From Lama guanicoe (lineage: Eukaryota), in contig MU053876.1 of the NCBI GenBank assembly GCA_013239625.1, positions 51,394 through 115,393 on the forward strand: a stretch of 64,000 bases of DNA, given 5' to 3'. The notes beneath the pieces are model-generated. The model searched no databases, was not told the DNA's origin, and saw nothing but the letters and a program-made list of their open reading frames with translations. A program made the translations under genes and the position numbers. Positions 12,833 through 24,596 of this stretch are shown piece by piece (within the stretch, counting starts at the first letter, position 1; each line of letters starts with the position of its first letter).

Positions 12833-15831
12833 AACTTTTTCCAAACCAAGTTTCAGAACATCCAAGTGTTATTTAGGGTAAGCAGAGCATCTCAGAAAGG
12901 TTTTAAAAGTCACTAAAAGGATGGAATATTACGGGCAACAGAGAACCCTGCAAGATGGTTTTGGGGATGGTCCAGTCCAGGGGTGAAAAGACTGGGAAGG
13001 TGTCTCACTCAAGGGGAGTGACCTCTTCATCTTCATCTCTTCAGACTGGGAGGAAAGAGTTTGTCGGTTTCGAGAACTTCTTTTGAGATGTGACAAAGAA
13101 GTTCTCGAGATCCTAGGTGAGGAAACCTCTCACCAGGACCCCGCGGGGGTCACCACGTTGTCTTTGGATGTCACCACAAGGAGAGGAGACTGCCTCTCAT
13201 AGGGTTGGAGATAAGCCTGCCTTTAAAGCCCAGGGGAGGAAGAGATGGTCTGGGGTCTTCTCCAATTCATGGGATGGGAGCACACACAGCATGGAGCTGC
13301 TGTAACATTTCTCTGAAGAACAGTTAGTTAGAAAGAGGAATCAGGCAATGTTATTCTAGGAACAGACAGTGCCAGTCATGTCATGAAACGCAGGCCTAAA
13401 AAAAATCCCCTAACAGATCCAGAGTCTCTTCCAGAGACTTTCTGAGGATGCATGGCCGTGAACCTGCAATTTTGAAGACAAGCTCATCTGGCACTAAGCT
13501 CCGATTTCTTTTCCAATAAGAGAACTGGGGTAAATTCATGGGAAAATTAAATCATGGCCCCCAACCAGATTCTGGAAAAAAAAAGTCACTACTTTCCTCA
13601 CACTTGTGGGGAGAGGAAAGGGGGAGACAGCCACCCAACATTCCCCCAATTTGGTAAAACCACCTTCCGCTTTATCCGTTTGTTTTTCCAGTTATATTTT
13701 AGTAGAATAATTTGATCAGACACCCAAAGGCCTTCCCACTAATGAAAAAAGAACTTGCTAAGAAAAATCAATGTGTAAGTTGCCTTCAGATCCATCAGAG
13801 ACTAAAAGAGTTATTAAAGTCTGGAACAGAGCAACCGCCCTCTGACTCTTAGAAGGACCAGTAGGAGCGGAGCAGAGACGAGCAAAGGGTTAACACAGCT
13901 GATTTCGGGGCAAAGAGAAGGAGGCAACATCCTTTTTTGAGGCAAACACCTGGAGGGGAAAAAAGTGGTATGTTGTTTCCAGCTCCAGAAATTGCAGACA
14001 CACAGAAAGCAAATCACATCAGGGGAATATTCAGTTCCCTGCACGTGCTAATTAACGAAATGTCATCAACCCACTTCCAGGCCTCTCCTCACCTGCTGTG
14101 TACTTGCAGGGCACTGCCTGCCTGGCTCCTCACAACCGGCAGAACATCAGGCAGTCTGCACAGCACATCCCAAGGAAACAAATAAGCGCAGATTTCTGTT
14201 GATGGCAGGATTTCTCTTGCTCAGGGCAAACGAACCAACCATGTGGGTGTGGGCAGCCCTGGCTGGAGATTTTAATCATGCCCCACACCTATTTTGCGAA
14301 AGAGCCTGAAAGTTCGATTAGGTCCTATGATGCTCAGTTATTTCACAAAACTGCGGTCATTGGAAGTAGTAAATATGCAGTGATGACGGAATTAAATATT
14401 CATGAAACTGAGTGCAGCTGAAAAGCCGAGGACGTCAGGATATTAAAAACGCCTCATGGTTTTACCGTGTAAATCTTGCCCGCATCACCCAGGTCCAGTC
14501 TAGAGTGTGTTCCAATGCCAGTTCCTTGCTGGAATGCCACTGAAATTATAATATTGATTTTGGTAGATAAACGACACTGTCAGCCCCTCGCTCAGAATCA
14601 CCATGCAAAACCATTCTGAGCATTCACAAACACCAACTTGTTACGGTGAGCCTGTCTCCAAGCACAGAAAGGCCACGCTCAACATGATCCCGGCACGCTT
14701 TGGGTATTTGTTTAGTCCACTGGCACCTTGGGAGAGATTCAACAGAGAGCAGGGCACCCTCCCGGGGAGGCACTTCGCGACACACGATTCTTCCCTCACG
14801 GGGAACAGTGGCTGTCTCCCTGCACACGTCCTTCAGTGAACCAGAATGAGAAAGTATTCTGACTGCCTCTTCCTTGGTTCCAATATTCTGATTTGTTGGA
14901 CCAACTTTTCCGCAACATTCAGCAGCCAGTTTCAAAATGGATTGACAAATAACGTGTAATCCACCGGGGAGAGACAGCAGCGAGCAACGCTAGCTTCCGC
15001 GAAGCTGAACTCCGTGTATGGAAGAGAGAAAACCCTGCTCAGAGCCACAGCGGTCATCAGCAGACTCTAATAACATTATCGAGGCATTACTTTCTATGCA
15101 TTTCCTTTCCTTGACAATTTTCTCAACAGAACAAACAGCAGCCCCTGAAAATGGCATTTGAGCCATTTCCTAGTGGAATCCAATTACCCAAGGAGGGAGT
15201 TATCCACAGTGAGTAGCTGCTATCCCCTGTCCACAATGACACAGCAGGGCTGCCAGGATGTCCTGGGCTCACCTGCCGCCAGGCACTGGGTCCCTGCCCT
15301 CCCCAGAGGGAGGATGCCAGGTGGGGAGCAGGACCTCCGGCTCGGAGCCGGGAAAGGCAGCGCTCACCATTCTGCAAAAGAGCCAAACTTTGCTCCCACT
15401 GTTTCCATCTTTCGGTTGATGTCCCCTCCCTCCAAGGAGTCTCAGAAGCCACTTGGCAGCCCCTGAAGACATAGGTTTCCCCTTGACCTAGATCATCTAA
15501 ATAAGCCCTGGCGACACGGTGCGGGCAAGCGGAGGTCTCTCCATCCTGCTCTCCTGAGGTGCTGCGCGCTGCCGTGGCACCACATCGCATGGACCAGAAG
15601 ACTTTTCTCGGCACGCACAACACTGCCTTCGGAAACCGGGGCAGACTTCTGCACCCGCCTTCCCGTTCAGAAAGTCACTATCGCCCACCGCACGCCTTCC
15701 CCGCATCTGCAACCCCCACCACCACACGGACGCGAAGGGGGTGGGGGAGCGGAGGGGTTAAAGTGACAGCCACTCCTAGAGCGCCCTGGTTCCGTTCGAA
15801 AGGTGTCACAGCGCCAACGCGGTGGACCTAC

Positions 15832-16068
15832 CTTGCCCTCTCCCTTCTCGCCGTTGGGGCTCGCCTCGGGATCGTCGCTGTCCTCGGCGCCGGCACTCTC
15901 GCCGGGCAGTTCATCCGGAGCCAGCTGCGGCGGCGGCGGCGGCGGCTGGGGCTGGGGCGGCGGCTGGGGCTGGGGCGGCGGTGGCGGCGCCGGGCGGGCT
16001 CCGCCAGCCCCCTGCGAGCGGGGGATGGGCTCCGGGCGCGGAGAAACTCCCTCAACATCCATCTCCAT
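15832..16068 (-). CDS. RBMS3: Putative distal alternative first coding exon of RBMS3 (79 aa, MEMDVEGVSPRPEPIPRSQGAGGARPAPPPPPQPQPPPQPQPPPPPPQLAPDELPGESAGAEDSDDPEASPNGEKGEGK)
   Basis: ATG in strong Kozak context (AAGATGG), 237 nt open frame, consensus donor AAG|GTAGGT at 15831, inside a CpG island. Same strand as and downstream of ZCWPW2, as in the recalled ZCWPW2->RBMS3 synteny. Phase 0 fits RBMS3 exon 2 (QSYAPAP...). The gene name is inferred; no RRM exons are in the window. Confidence 0.65.
15927..15990. repeat. (GGC)n/CCG tract plus 18-bp tandem unit encoding poly-Pro/Gln
   Basis: gcggcggcggcggcggcggctggggctggggcggcggctggggctggggcggcggtggcggcg read directly. Confidence 0.9.
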
Positions 16069-19024
16069 CTTCCCATTCACTGGAGGGCAAGACAAAAGCG
16101 GAGCGCGGACTTGGCAGCGGCGCCCGGCGGCTGCTCAGCTGCCCGCGGCACGCATGGCTCGCCGAGGAGGGGCCGCCTCCCGCGCGCCCTCCCTCCCGCC
16201 ACCCTTCGCCCGCGCGCCCCGCAGCTCGGCTCACCGCTGGGCTCGGGCACCGGCGGCGCCGGGGCCGGGGAGCGCGAGCCGCGGGTGGCCGCGCGCCCTT
16301 GGAGCGGTGGCCTTCGGGCGCCCCCGGCAGTCCTGCTACGCCGAGCGCATCCCGGCGGCGGCGACGCCTCCCAGCCGCGCGCCCAGCCCCGGGGCCGCTC
16401 GGGGACTCGCTCCCCAGCCCGGCCTCCTGATCTCGGTTGCTTTCGGCGTCTCCCCTCCCCTCCAAGCTCTGAGCAAAGTTACTGGAAGAACAATCACACC
16501 CCCGAGATGCACGGGCGAAACTGACAAGAGTCGGGTAGGTCAGGTGTAAGCGATATCTACCGTCCCCGCCCGCTGACCCGGCGCCGACCCCTCACCCTTG
16601 CCCTCTCCCGACGCGGAGCTGGGAGGAAGGCAGGGCTTGCCTGGAAGGGAAGGCAACCCTGCAAGGAGGGGAGCTGGCGGAGGGCGCCCACCCCAACCCC
16701 AGCGACCCCCACCGCCACGCCGGCCCCGGGCCCCTCCCGCGCTCCCTCCCGCGGCCGCGCGGGTCCCCAGGGTCATCCCTCCCGCGCGCGCGAGAGCATC
16801 CCCGCGCTCCCGCGCCGCCGCGGCCCCGCGCCACCCCGCCGGCGCCCGAGGACCGCGGAGGCGGCGACAAATGCCAGGCAGGAAATTCACCTACCCTCGC
16901 CTAGGGCCCGGTCGCGGGCTGGCACCGGGGAGGGGTGGGGCCCGGCGCCCAGGGCGAGGAGGCGACTTGGACCGCGCGCCCGAGTTTGGCGTAAAGGTCG
17001 GCGGCGGAGGGTCGGAGCGGGAGGCGGAGGCAGAGGCGAGAGGTCGCTGCCCGGCATCCGCTCCAGGTGCCCGCGGTGGGCGCCGGCTCCCGGCCAGCTC
17101 TCCTGCGCTTGGAAGGGCGTCCTCGGGCCGGCAGGGACCCCAGACCGGGCGGTGAGCTGCGTCTGTAAATCTGGATAGATAGCGAGGACAAGGGTAGACT
17201 TGGGAATTCTTAAATCAGGTGATTAGGATGACTTCTAAATTTAGCACTACTCGGTCCCGGGGAGTAGCTCCCAACTTCAGGGAAACAGCTACGGCGACTC
17301 TGCGCGCCCGGGAGGGACCTTCCAGCCTTGGAGAGAAACAGCGGGTTATTAAGAATCTGTTTAATATTAAATAGAGCCCATTGTTCTGGGCTTTGAGTTC
17401 TGTAATGCCCCCAAATGGATCAGCCAGATAAATGAACTATTCATGCATTTCTTAGCATGGGTGGCTTTTTTCCCCTAGCATATAATGCATCACGGATAAC
17501 GCTTGCCTATGAGACTAGAAAGGTAAATTCACCTCGTGACGGCTTTGCATTAACTTAAAGACAACTTTCATATTTCCAAGCCTCACTGCCCCAATAGATG
17601 CAATTACACAAAAACACAACATTAGGTTCCCGTCCTGCAAGGCAGTCTCTTCATCTCTGCCTCTGCCTCTGTGTGTGACAGAAATTAATTGCCACTTTAA
17701 TTGAATCAGTGCAGAGAGCCAATCTGGATAATGCAATGTGAACATGCTTTTGGAAGGCAAAGTTGGGAGGCGAAATAACTCAGTCCTCTTTTTCTTCAAA
17801 ATGTCGAAAAATTAGATTGCAAGCTCATTTGCTAAATTGGGAACTTGTTACAAATAAAAGGAACTTGCTTTTAGTCTGAGATTCACTGTACTTTTTCAAT
17901 GACATTATGGCAGTTTACGTAGTAATGTACCAGCCAAGGAAATACAGAGCTTTGTGCCTTTAAAAGAAGTTACTTACTCCATTTCCTCCCTGGTACATTG
18001 TAATAAATCAATTCTTATAGTATTTTTATAATGGTAAATTAGATCATCTGTGTAAAGTGCTTAGCAGAGTGCCTTAGGGCATAGTAAGCTTTCATTGTCT
18101 GTTTTACTGAAAACAGTAGGATGACAGAAATTCACCATGAGCACTCGTCTGAGGACCTCCATTAAGGAAGAAGAGATTGCCAGTTTAATTAATCTTTTTA
18201 TATCAATTATTCCACAAGATTTTTGGTATCTTCAAAGAATGAAGCCCCTTCTGAAAGCTGGAATCAAGTCAGTGGTGTTCTGTGAAATCAAGTTTTGAAT
18301 TTGACAGATTTTCCTCTTACAGTGTAGAAATAAAAATTACATGTCAGTTCCAACAGGAGCTGGAATCACTGACTGGTAAGTTATTATTCCTCCATGCTTG
18401 TTAGTTCCAAAATGTGTTTGGGAACTTCTTTCGAGGCTTCAGTGAAGAGTAAATCAAAAATAAAGATACAATACTTCAACTAAATTTGTTCTAAATTTAA
18501 GCAAGTGCTGGTAAAGTGTCCCATTGTTAAATGCAAATATTTTTCCTTTCTCTGCCCTTCTGTTTTTGGGGGACACAGAAGATTTTTTTTTTTGCATCTG
18601 TCATAAGTAAATACGGGCTCAGAAAATATATTACATTTCAAAACTGTTGATTGCACCTAATTATGCATGTAAATTGCTACTTCAAGCGCAGAGACAGCTT
18701 GCAACATTTTGAAAATTTTGCCCTAGTACTCATCTGAGGTATTTGTTACTGTTTTTCTTTTGCCTTAAATGACTTCATTTCACCCATTAGCTTTCCATTA
18801 ATGAGGGGTCTGTGAATAATTCTGACCTTCCGATGTCTCTTTTCGATGATTCAAATTCGTAAATCAGCACTTTCGGCAAAATCACCCTTATTATGGTTTA
18901 TATCAGGCCATTTGATTTCTTGAGTCTCTGAAGTGAGAGTTCACAAAAAGGTAGCCTGGAAGAGTTATCTAACCCCTTGGTACTCAAAATGTTAGTCACT
19001 GGACAGGCAGCATCCTGACACCTG

Positions 19025-20200
19025 TATTGTCAGAAGGACGAAGTCCAGCCCCAGACTTACTCTGCATTTTAACAAGATCTCCAACTGATTCCTACCATAT
19101 TCAAGTTTGAGAAGCACTGCTCTAACGCATACCATAATTGGCCTTTCTCTATTATGATTCTTTGGCACTGACCCCATAAAAGACCACTCGGGAAGACTTA
19201 TCAGGGAAATGCAATCATAGAAACTTTTTTTTTTTTTTGGTCAAGACATTATGGTCACTTCCCATTCTCCCTGGGTTCTGAGTGTTGCATGACGAAAAAT
19301 TGCATAAATTAAGAATGTATCTATATTGTATATCTCTCATCATGAATTAGAAGTATGCAATTTCCCAAAATCAAAAGGAATTAACCAACAAGGGGAATAA
19401 CACTTTATCTTGAATAATAAATGTTACGCAAACATGTGGAACTGATTCCTAAAAGAACTTGGTTAATCTTGACCTTCTGCTGGAGATGGAAAAGTCTAGT
19501 TTCCAATCTGCTGGGAATATTGATAGGCTCTGTTACCATGCAACCGGGAACCACCGAGTTAGCATCTGTACAATGACAGTCTATTGAAGCGCCAATAATT
19601 AGGCATAAGAATGGACTAAAATATATGCCGCGGTGTTTTTAGGGACTAGCAGAACTTGATGCTTTGAAGAATTTCTAGATCAATCAATTATTACTTTTAA
19701 AGGCGATCTGGAACCGTAGTTCTCACCTGTAATATACATGAAATCACCTGGGGAATCTCCCTGGAAGGCAGATTCTGACTCTGCAGGATCGGGTTGAAAC
19801 CTGAGAATCTGCATTTCTAACCAACTTCCTGATGAGACCAGTGTTTCTGGTCCTCAGGCCCCATCGACTTGCTTTACCTCCATTGATAGTTCTCAGACTT
19901 TAATCAGTTGGGGAGCTTTTTAAAATTTTCAGTGCCCAGACTACACCCCAGACAAGTTAAGTTAGAACCTCTGGCTCTAGTGTTTAGACCCCAGGGGGTT
20001 ACAGTGTGGAGCCAAGACCGGGAATCAGCGATGTAAATCTGTGCTTCCCCAGCATTGCCTCCAAGACCAGCGACACAGCGTCACTAGGGAGAGGGTTACA
20101 ATGCTGACTCACAAGCCCACCCCAGACCCACGGGGTCAGTACCTGCACTGTAAGCTCTCCCCACGCTGTGTCTGCACATTTCAAGTTCAAGCAGCACGGC
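19025..20200. mobile_element. Cluster of MER5-like DNA transposon relics (~19030-19125, ~19710-19860, ~19885-20200)
   Basis: Recurrent motifs tctgcattttaacaag, caagtttgagaagcactg and tagttctca, typical of MER5A/B. Confidence 0.6.
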
Positions 20201-20399
20201 TGTAGCCTAGCCCCAGGGGGCAAGGAGGTGGCCCGCAACCAGAAGCAACCGACCAACCGACTGTAATTCCTTCACCTCTTGGCTCTTTACAGAGCTACAC
20301 CAGTTCTGAGAAGCTTTCACAACCCTGACCGCTAAATTTCCCATTGATAAGCGGCCTCTTCGAGCATCCCTGGCTGTTTTCATCACTGTAGTTGGCAGC

Positions 20400-20610
20400 A
20401 CTGGCCCACAGGACTTCCTGCAAAGACAGAAATGTGCTGGGTCCCTGCTCTCCAGCAGGAGCCACCAGCCACATGTGGCTGCTGAGTACGTGAATTCACA
20501 GCCAATGTGCCTGAGACACTTTTCATTTTATTTCCTTTTAATTGATTTAAATGTAAATGACCTCCTATGGTTGTTGGGTGCCCCCCACCCTGTACTGGAC
20601 CCAGCACCAC
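20400..20610. mobile_element. MER3/MER33-like DNA transposon relic
   Basis: agccacatgtggctgctgagtac...ttttatttcttttaattgatttaaatgtaaat...tactggac. Confidence 0.6.
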
Positions 20611-21184
20611 CCCCCCAGTAACCATCCTCTGCGGTCCTGTCTCCAGCTCCCAGGTTGCACGCAGCCCTGCCTGCTCAACTTTTGTACGCGATAATCCCCA
20701 GCGAATGCGCCAAGATGACAAACATCTGCCTTGCCACCTCATCTACATAATAAGTCACATTATGCTTATTATTTTGAATGAGAGGAGTTTAACTTGAATT
20801 AAATGCCACCCAAAGTTGTCAAAACCTTTTTCATAGCATTCGTAATGACGTGGCTTTAATTTCACAGCCTTTTCAAACATCAGCAGACATGGGGTGCTTT
20901 GGGAACTGCCTTAAGAGCAAGAGACAAAAGAGGAAATGGATTTAGGGTAGAAGACAGAGCCCCCCACAAGCATCTTATTGGTACCCAGTAGAAAATTCCC
21001 AAAATTAAAGAGTGTATCTATGTTGAAGGCAAGTATCAAATCTCGAAGATTCCTCTCAAAATGGAAGATGAGATACAAACAAAGGGGGAAATCAAGGAGT
21101 TAAGGTGCCAGAAAATGGCAAATGAAACTCAAAAGAGAAGTTACCCTGAACATGAATACCTATTAATCTGTGGGATCCATAGAA

Positions 21185-21715
21185 AGGGAGGGGCGTGGAG
21201 GAGAGAGGTGGGGCGTGGTATAGAGGAGAAGGGCATGACATAGAGGAGAGGGGCTGCTCTGGAGAAGGGGCAGGGAGAAGAGGGGCAGGGTGTGGAGAAG
21301 AGGGGTGGGGTGTGGGTCAGGGAGGAGATGGGTGGGGTGTTGAGGGGGCGGGGCATGGAGGAGATGGGAGGGGCAGGAAGGAGAGAGGCGAGTGTGGAGG
21401 AGGTGGGTGGGGCATGGAGAGGGGCGTGGCATAGAGGAGATGGCGGGTACGGAGAACGGGTGGGGAGGAGAGGGGNNNNNNNNNNNNNNNNNNNNNNNNN
21501 NNNNNNNNNNNNNNNNNNNNNNNNNNNNNNNNNNNNNNNNNNNNNNNNNNNNNNNNNNNNNNNNNNNNNNNNNNNNNNNNNNNNNNNNNNNNNNNNNNNN
21601 NNNNNNNNNNNNNNNNNNNNNNNNNNNGGGGCGTGGAGGGGTGGGCGTGGCATAGAGGGGAGGGGCGGGTATGGATAAGGGGCAGGGGCTGGAGGAGAAG
21701 AGCGAGGGGCGGGGA
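21185..21715. repeat. G-rich degenerate minisatellite (unit ~ggggcgtggcatagaggaga) spanning an assembly gap (N 21476-21627)
   Basis: Repeated ggggc(g/a)tgg...gaggaga units on both sides of the N run. Confidence 0.85.
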
Positions 21716-24447
21716 CAAAAATCCCAGTGACTAGAAACAGGCCGCCCCCGGAGTCTCCCCCAGGGTGAGAGTAACAGCACCACCGCCCACCATCACAACA
21801 GCGCAGCCACCAACCATTAACCGGGCTCCGTGCAAGCTCCCGAATGCCCGGTCCGGCGGGTCTGGACGGGAAGAGAGATTATTCAGGGCACGTTATTTGA
21901 ACCGACACGTCTCACGTTAAAGATAAGCAAATCCCCACGGGAGAGGGAAGAGGAGAGTGCTAAACTACAGTCAGCCCTTCCCTCGACTGAGAAGGTGACT
22001 GGGCACAGCCTACCTTGTACCCGGAGGCTAACACCAGAGAAAGGTTTCCTCGAGGTCTGTGCCGCGCCCGGCTGCGCGGCTGCCGACCGGGTACCATGTG
22101 ACTCGGCTGTGCCCACGGAGAAACGTGTAGCCAAGGGCAACAGCCTCACTCGGAGGACGGTCACTTCTTAGCAACTGAAACCAGTGAACACACAGCTGTC
22201 GTCGTCCTCGGGGAAGAAACTCCAGCGGACTTCAGACCACCGGCTTCCAGGGGTTTGGCCATGAGCTCAGACCCTCATTCAGGCACCTGAAGACCTCCCC
22301 TCACCCCCGCCAGGCACTCCTTTTCTTCGGAAACTGAGGGCAAATGTCGTCACGATCCACATCAATCCAGCTCAGAAGGGAGCAGGAAGAATGACAATGA
22401 AAGAAGAAAATGTACAGTCCCCTCACTGATGGACTCAAGTTCTAAGTTCAGGGAGCTTTATGCATGTCCCCTGCCTAACAGCGCGGCTTGTTACAATGAA
22501 GTCACAGCCCCAGCCCTTGTCCTGGGCAATGCCTGCAAGATCTCCCACACTTCCCTTGTTCACACACACACACATTTCTTGGCTGAAGTTATAGGTGTAG
22601 TTTACCAATGGAAGGAGCCGCAGGGATCCTGAACTTAAATTCTGGGTCACCTGAGAATATTCCAGGAGACTGCAGTTTTGAGAGCAGTGGGCCCCGCAAG
22701 GTGGAAGCAATTCTGTCTAGGGCTTCCTGGCTTGTCCAGAATGACGGTTTGGCTGAGCTGGTCCTAGACTTGACCTGTGCCAAAATACCAGTAACAAAGG
22801 TTAAGTCAGGTGGGAGGAGGTAGCTGGTATCTGAAGACAAATGATCTTGTTTCTGAGCCTGGGATCGGACAAATCCACGCATCAGACACCCTCTCCTGGA
22901 GCCCAGAGACGAAAGGAGAGACTCCAGGAAGGCCCTGTGAACTCCCTACACGTGGAGAGCAACCTCAGAAATGGAGAAGACGTGTTAATCCTCCCAAGTG
23001 AATTCTGTTTCACTCTCAGCCCGAACCCACATCCCGTGACCCAATGCCATTCACTGCCTGGTACCCTGACGATGGGAGGAGTTCTGGGAGCCCACCCTGG
23101 ACAGCTCCACATCCCGCCTCCTGCATCACTCACGGGTCCTGGGGGGTCACCAGGCCACCATCAGCTCTGCCAGTCCCCCTCCCTCAACTGTGGAACTGAC
23201 TTACTGGGTGTGAGACGTGGTTGGTCAGAATTAACATTCCTCTTGCAAGCTCTCCAGAATGACACCCCTGCCCCGGTTCTCATTAGCATCAAGCCCGTAT
23301 TCACTGAGCAAACCAGACATTGGACGAGGTGGAAAGCTGGCAGAGGTGATGCTCTAACAAGTGCCTTTTATCTTACAAGTGCCTAATAAATATTACATTT
23401 TCGTAATTTGGCTTTTTAAACCAGAAATTATCTTTCATTCCCTCGCAGCGTATATTTCAGAAGATCCATCAAATGCCGTGCCTTGTGCATGGTGGGAACT
23501 AAATAAATGTTTGAGAATGAATATTAGAAACCTTTTAGGTGAAGGCTTAGAAATGACTTTGCATCTCATCTTGGAAAATGTAGTCCTCAAAAAAGTCAAA
23601 CAAGAATAGGCTTTTTGGAAACTGGGTTTTCACTGTGGACTTACTGTGATCATGTTTGTATCAACACCATTGAAACACTGCAGGAGGGTAAGTGTCTGAG
23701 TCTCCATTCCCTTTTTTTTTAAATGAATCGAGGAACCTGCAATTCCTTTCAGCTCAAAGACTCTGAGATAACAATAGGAGATATTTTCTGACCAGTTAGT
23801 TGCGTTCAGAAAGCATCCAATGATCAAGTGATGGGGGAACCCTCTCTAGTTTGGAATGATACTCTTTGATTTTTCATCTATTACTCACCAAATCTCTTCC
23901 ACTGTTGCTGAACCATGGCCAGTGGTCTCCCGGTCATCATGTCCTTTGTCTGTAACTTTGCTTTTCATTTTGGGTCCAGGGTATAAGCAATGTGTACAAC
24001 TACAGTAACAATTAGGCAAGACATGCCGGGGAACCAGGAAGTTAAATGTAAATACGAAATCCACAGAGATGGTGTTGCGTGCCCATCTGCGATGCCATGA
24101 CGTGCTCCAGCCCTGACATCTCTCCTGAAGCCAGCTCCACTGTAGGATCATATATTCGAATTTTCCAGAACCTGAATTCACAAAGCTCTCGGTTAAAACC
24201 AAGCCTGACTGACCTTAGTCTTCGTGATTTACATGAGCAGCACCGTTCTTCCTAATCACCGGTGCCCAGCGAGCAGCTCACCTGAGCCTGGACTCCTCCC
24301 ATTCCCAGCGCCCCCACTGTTGGTACTCAGACCTCCTCATCCTGCTCATCAAATCCTTGATTCATTCTTTCAAGAATAGGAATTGAGCATCTACTATGTA
24401 ATTGACCCTACTTTGGTTGTATTGTTAACTAGTGATGGAGATACAAT

Positions 24448-24450
<3 letters not shown>

Positions 24451-24485
<35 letters not shown>
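24451..24485. repeat. (CA)n microsatellite
   Basis: Direct inspection. Confidence 0.95.
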
Positions 24486-24488
<3 letters not shown>

Positions 24489-24596
24489 GTGGGAAATATA
24501 TCTATATTTATATATAGGCATACTGCCTTTGCCATCAAGTAGCTTAGAGGCTTATGCAGAAAGAACAGACAAAACAAAGACAAGTCACAGTTGTTA

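Larger units (their letters stand above)
15500..17320. promoter_or_regulatory. CpG island / promoter (distal RBMS3 promoter, probably bidirectional)
   Basis: Very high GC with abundant undepleted CpG and GC-box-like motifs, in sharp contrast to the AT-rich flank after ~17340. Contains a first-exon-like ORF with a splice donor. Confidence 0.9.

Noticed and set aside
15667..16095. 142-aa ORF as a single-exon gene
   Set aside because: Its listed start is TTG. The real ATG is at 16068 and a consensus donor at 15831 interrupts it, so the last ~54 codons are probably intron.
15559..17155. Long plus-strand ORFs in the CpG island (321, 248, 202, 185 aa)
   Set aside because: Stop-poor GC-rich sequence gives long ORFs in all frames. 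They have non-ATG or poor starts and Arg/Gly/Ala/Pro low complexity, and are antisense to the exon with proper Kozak and donor signals.
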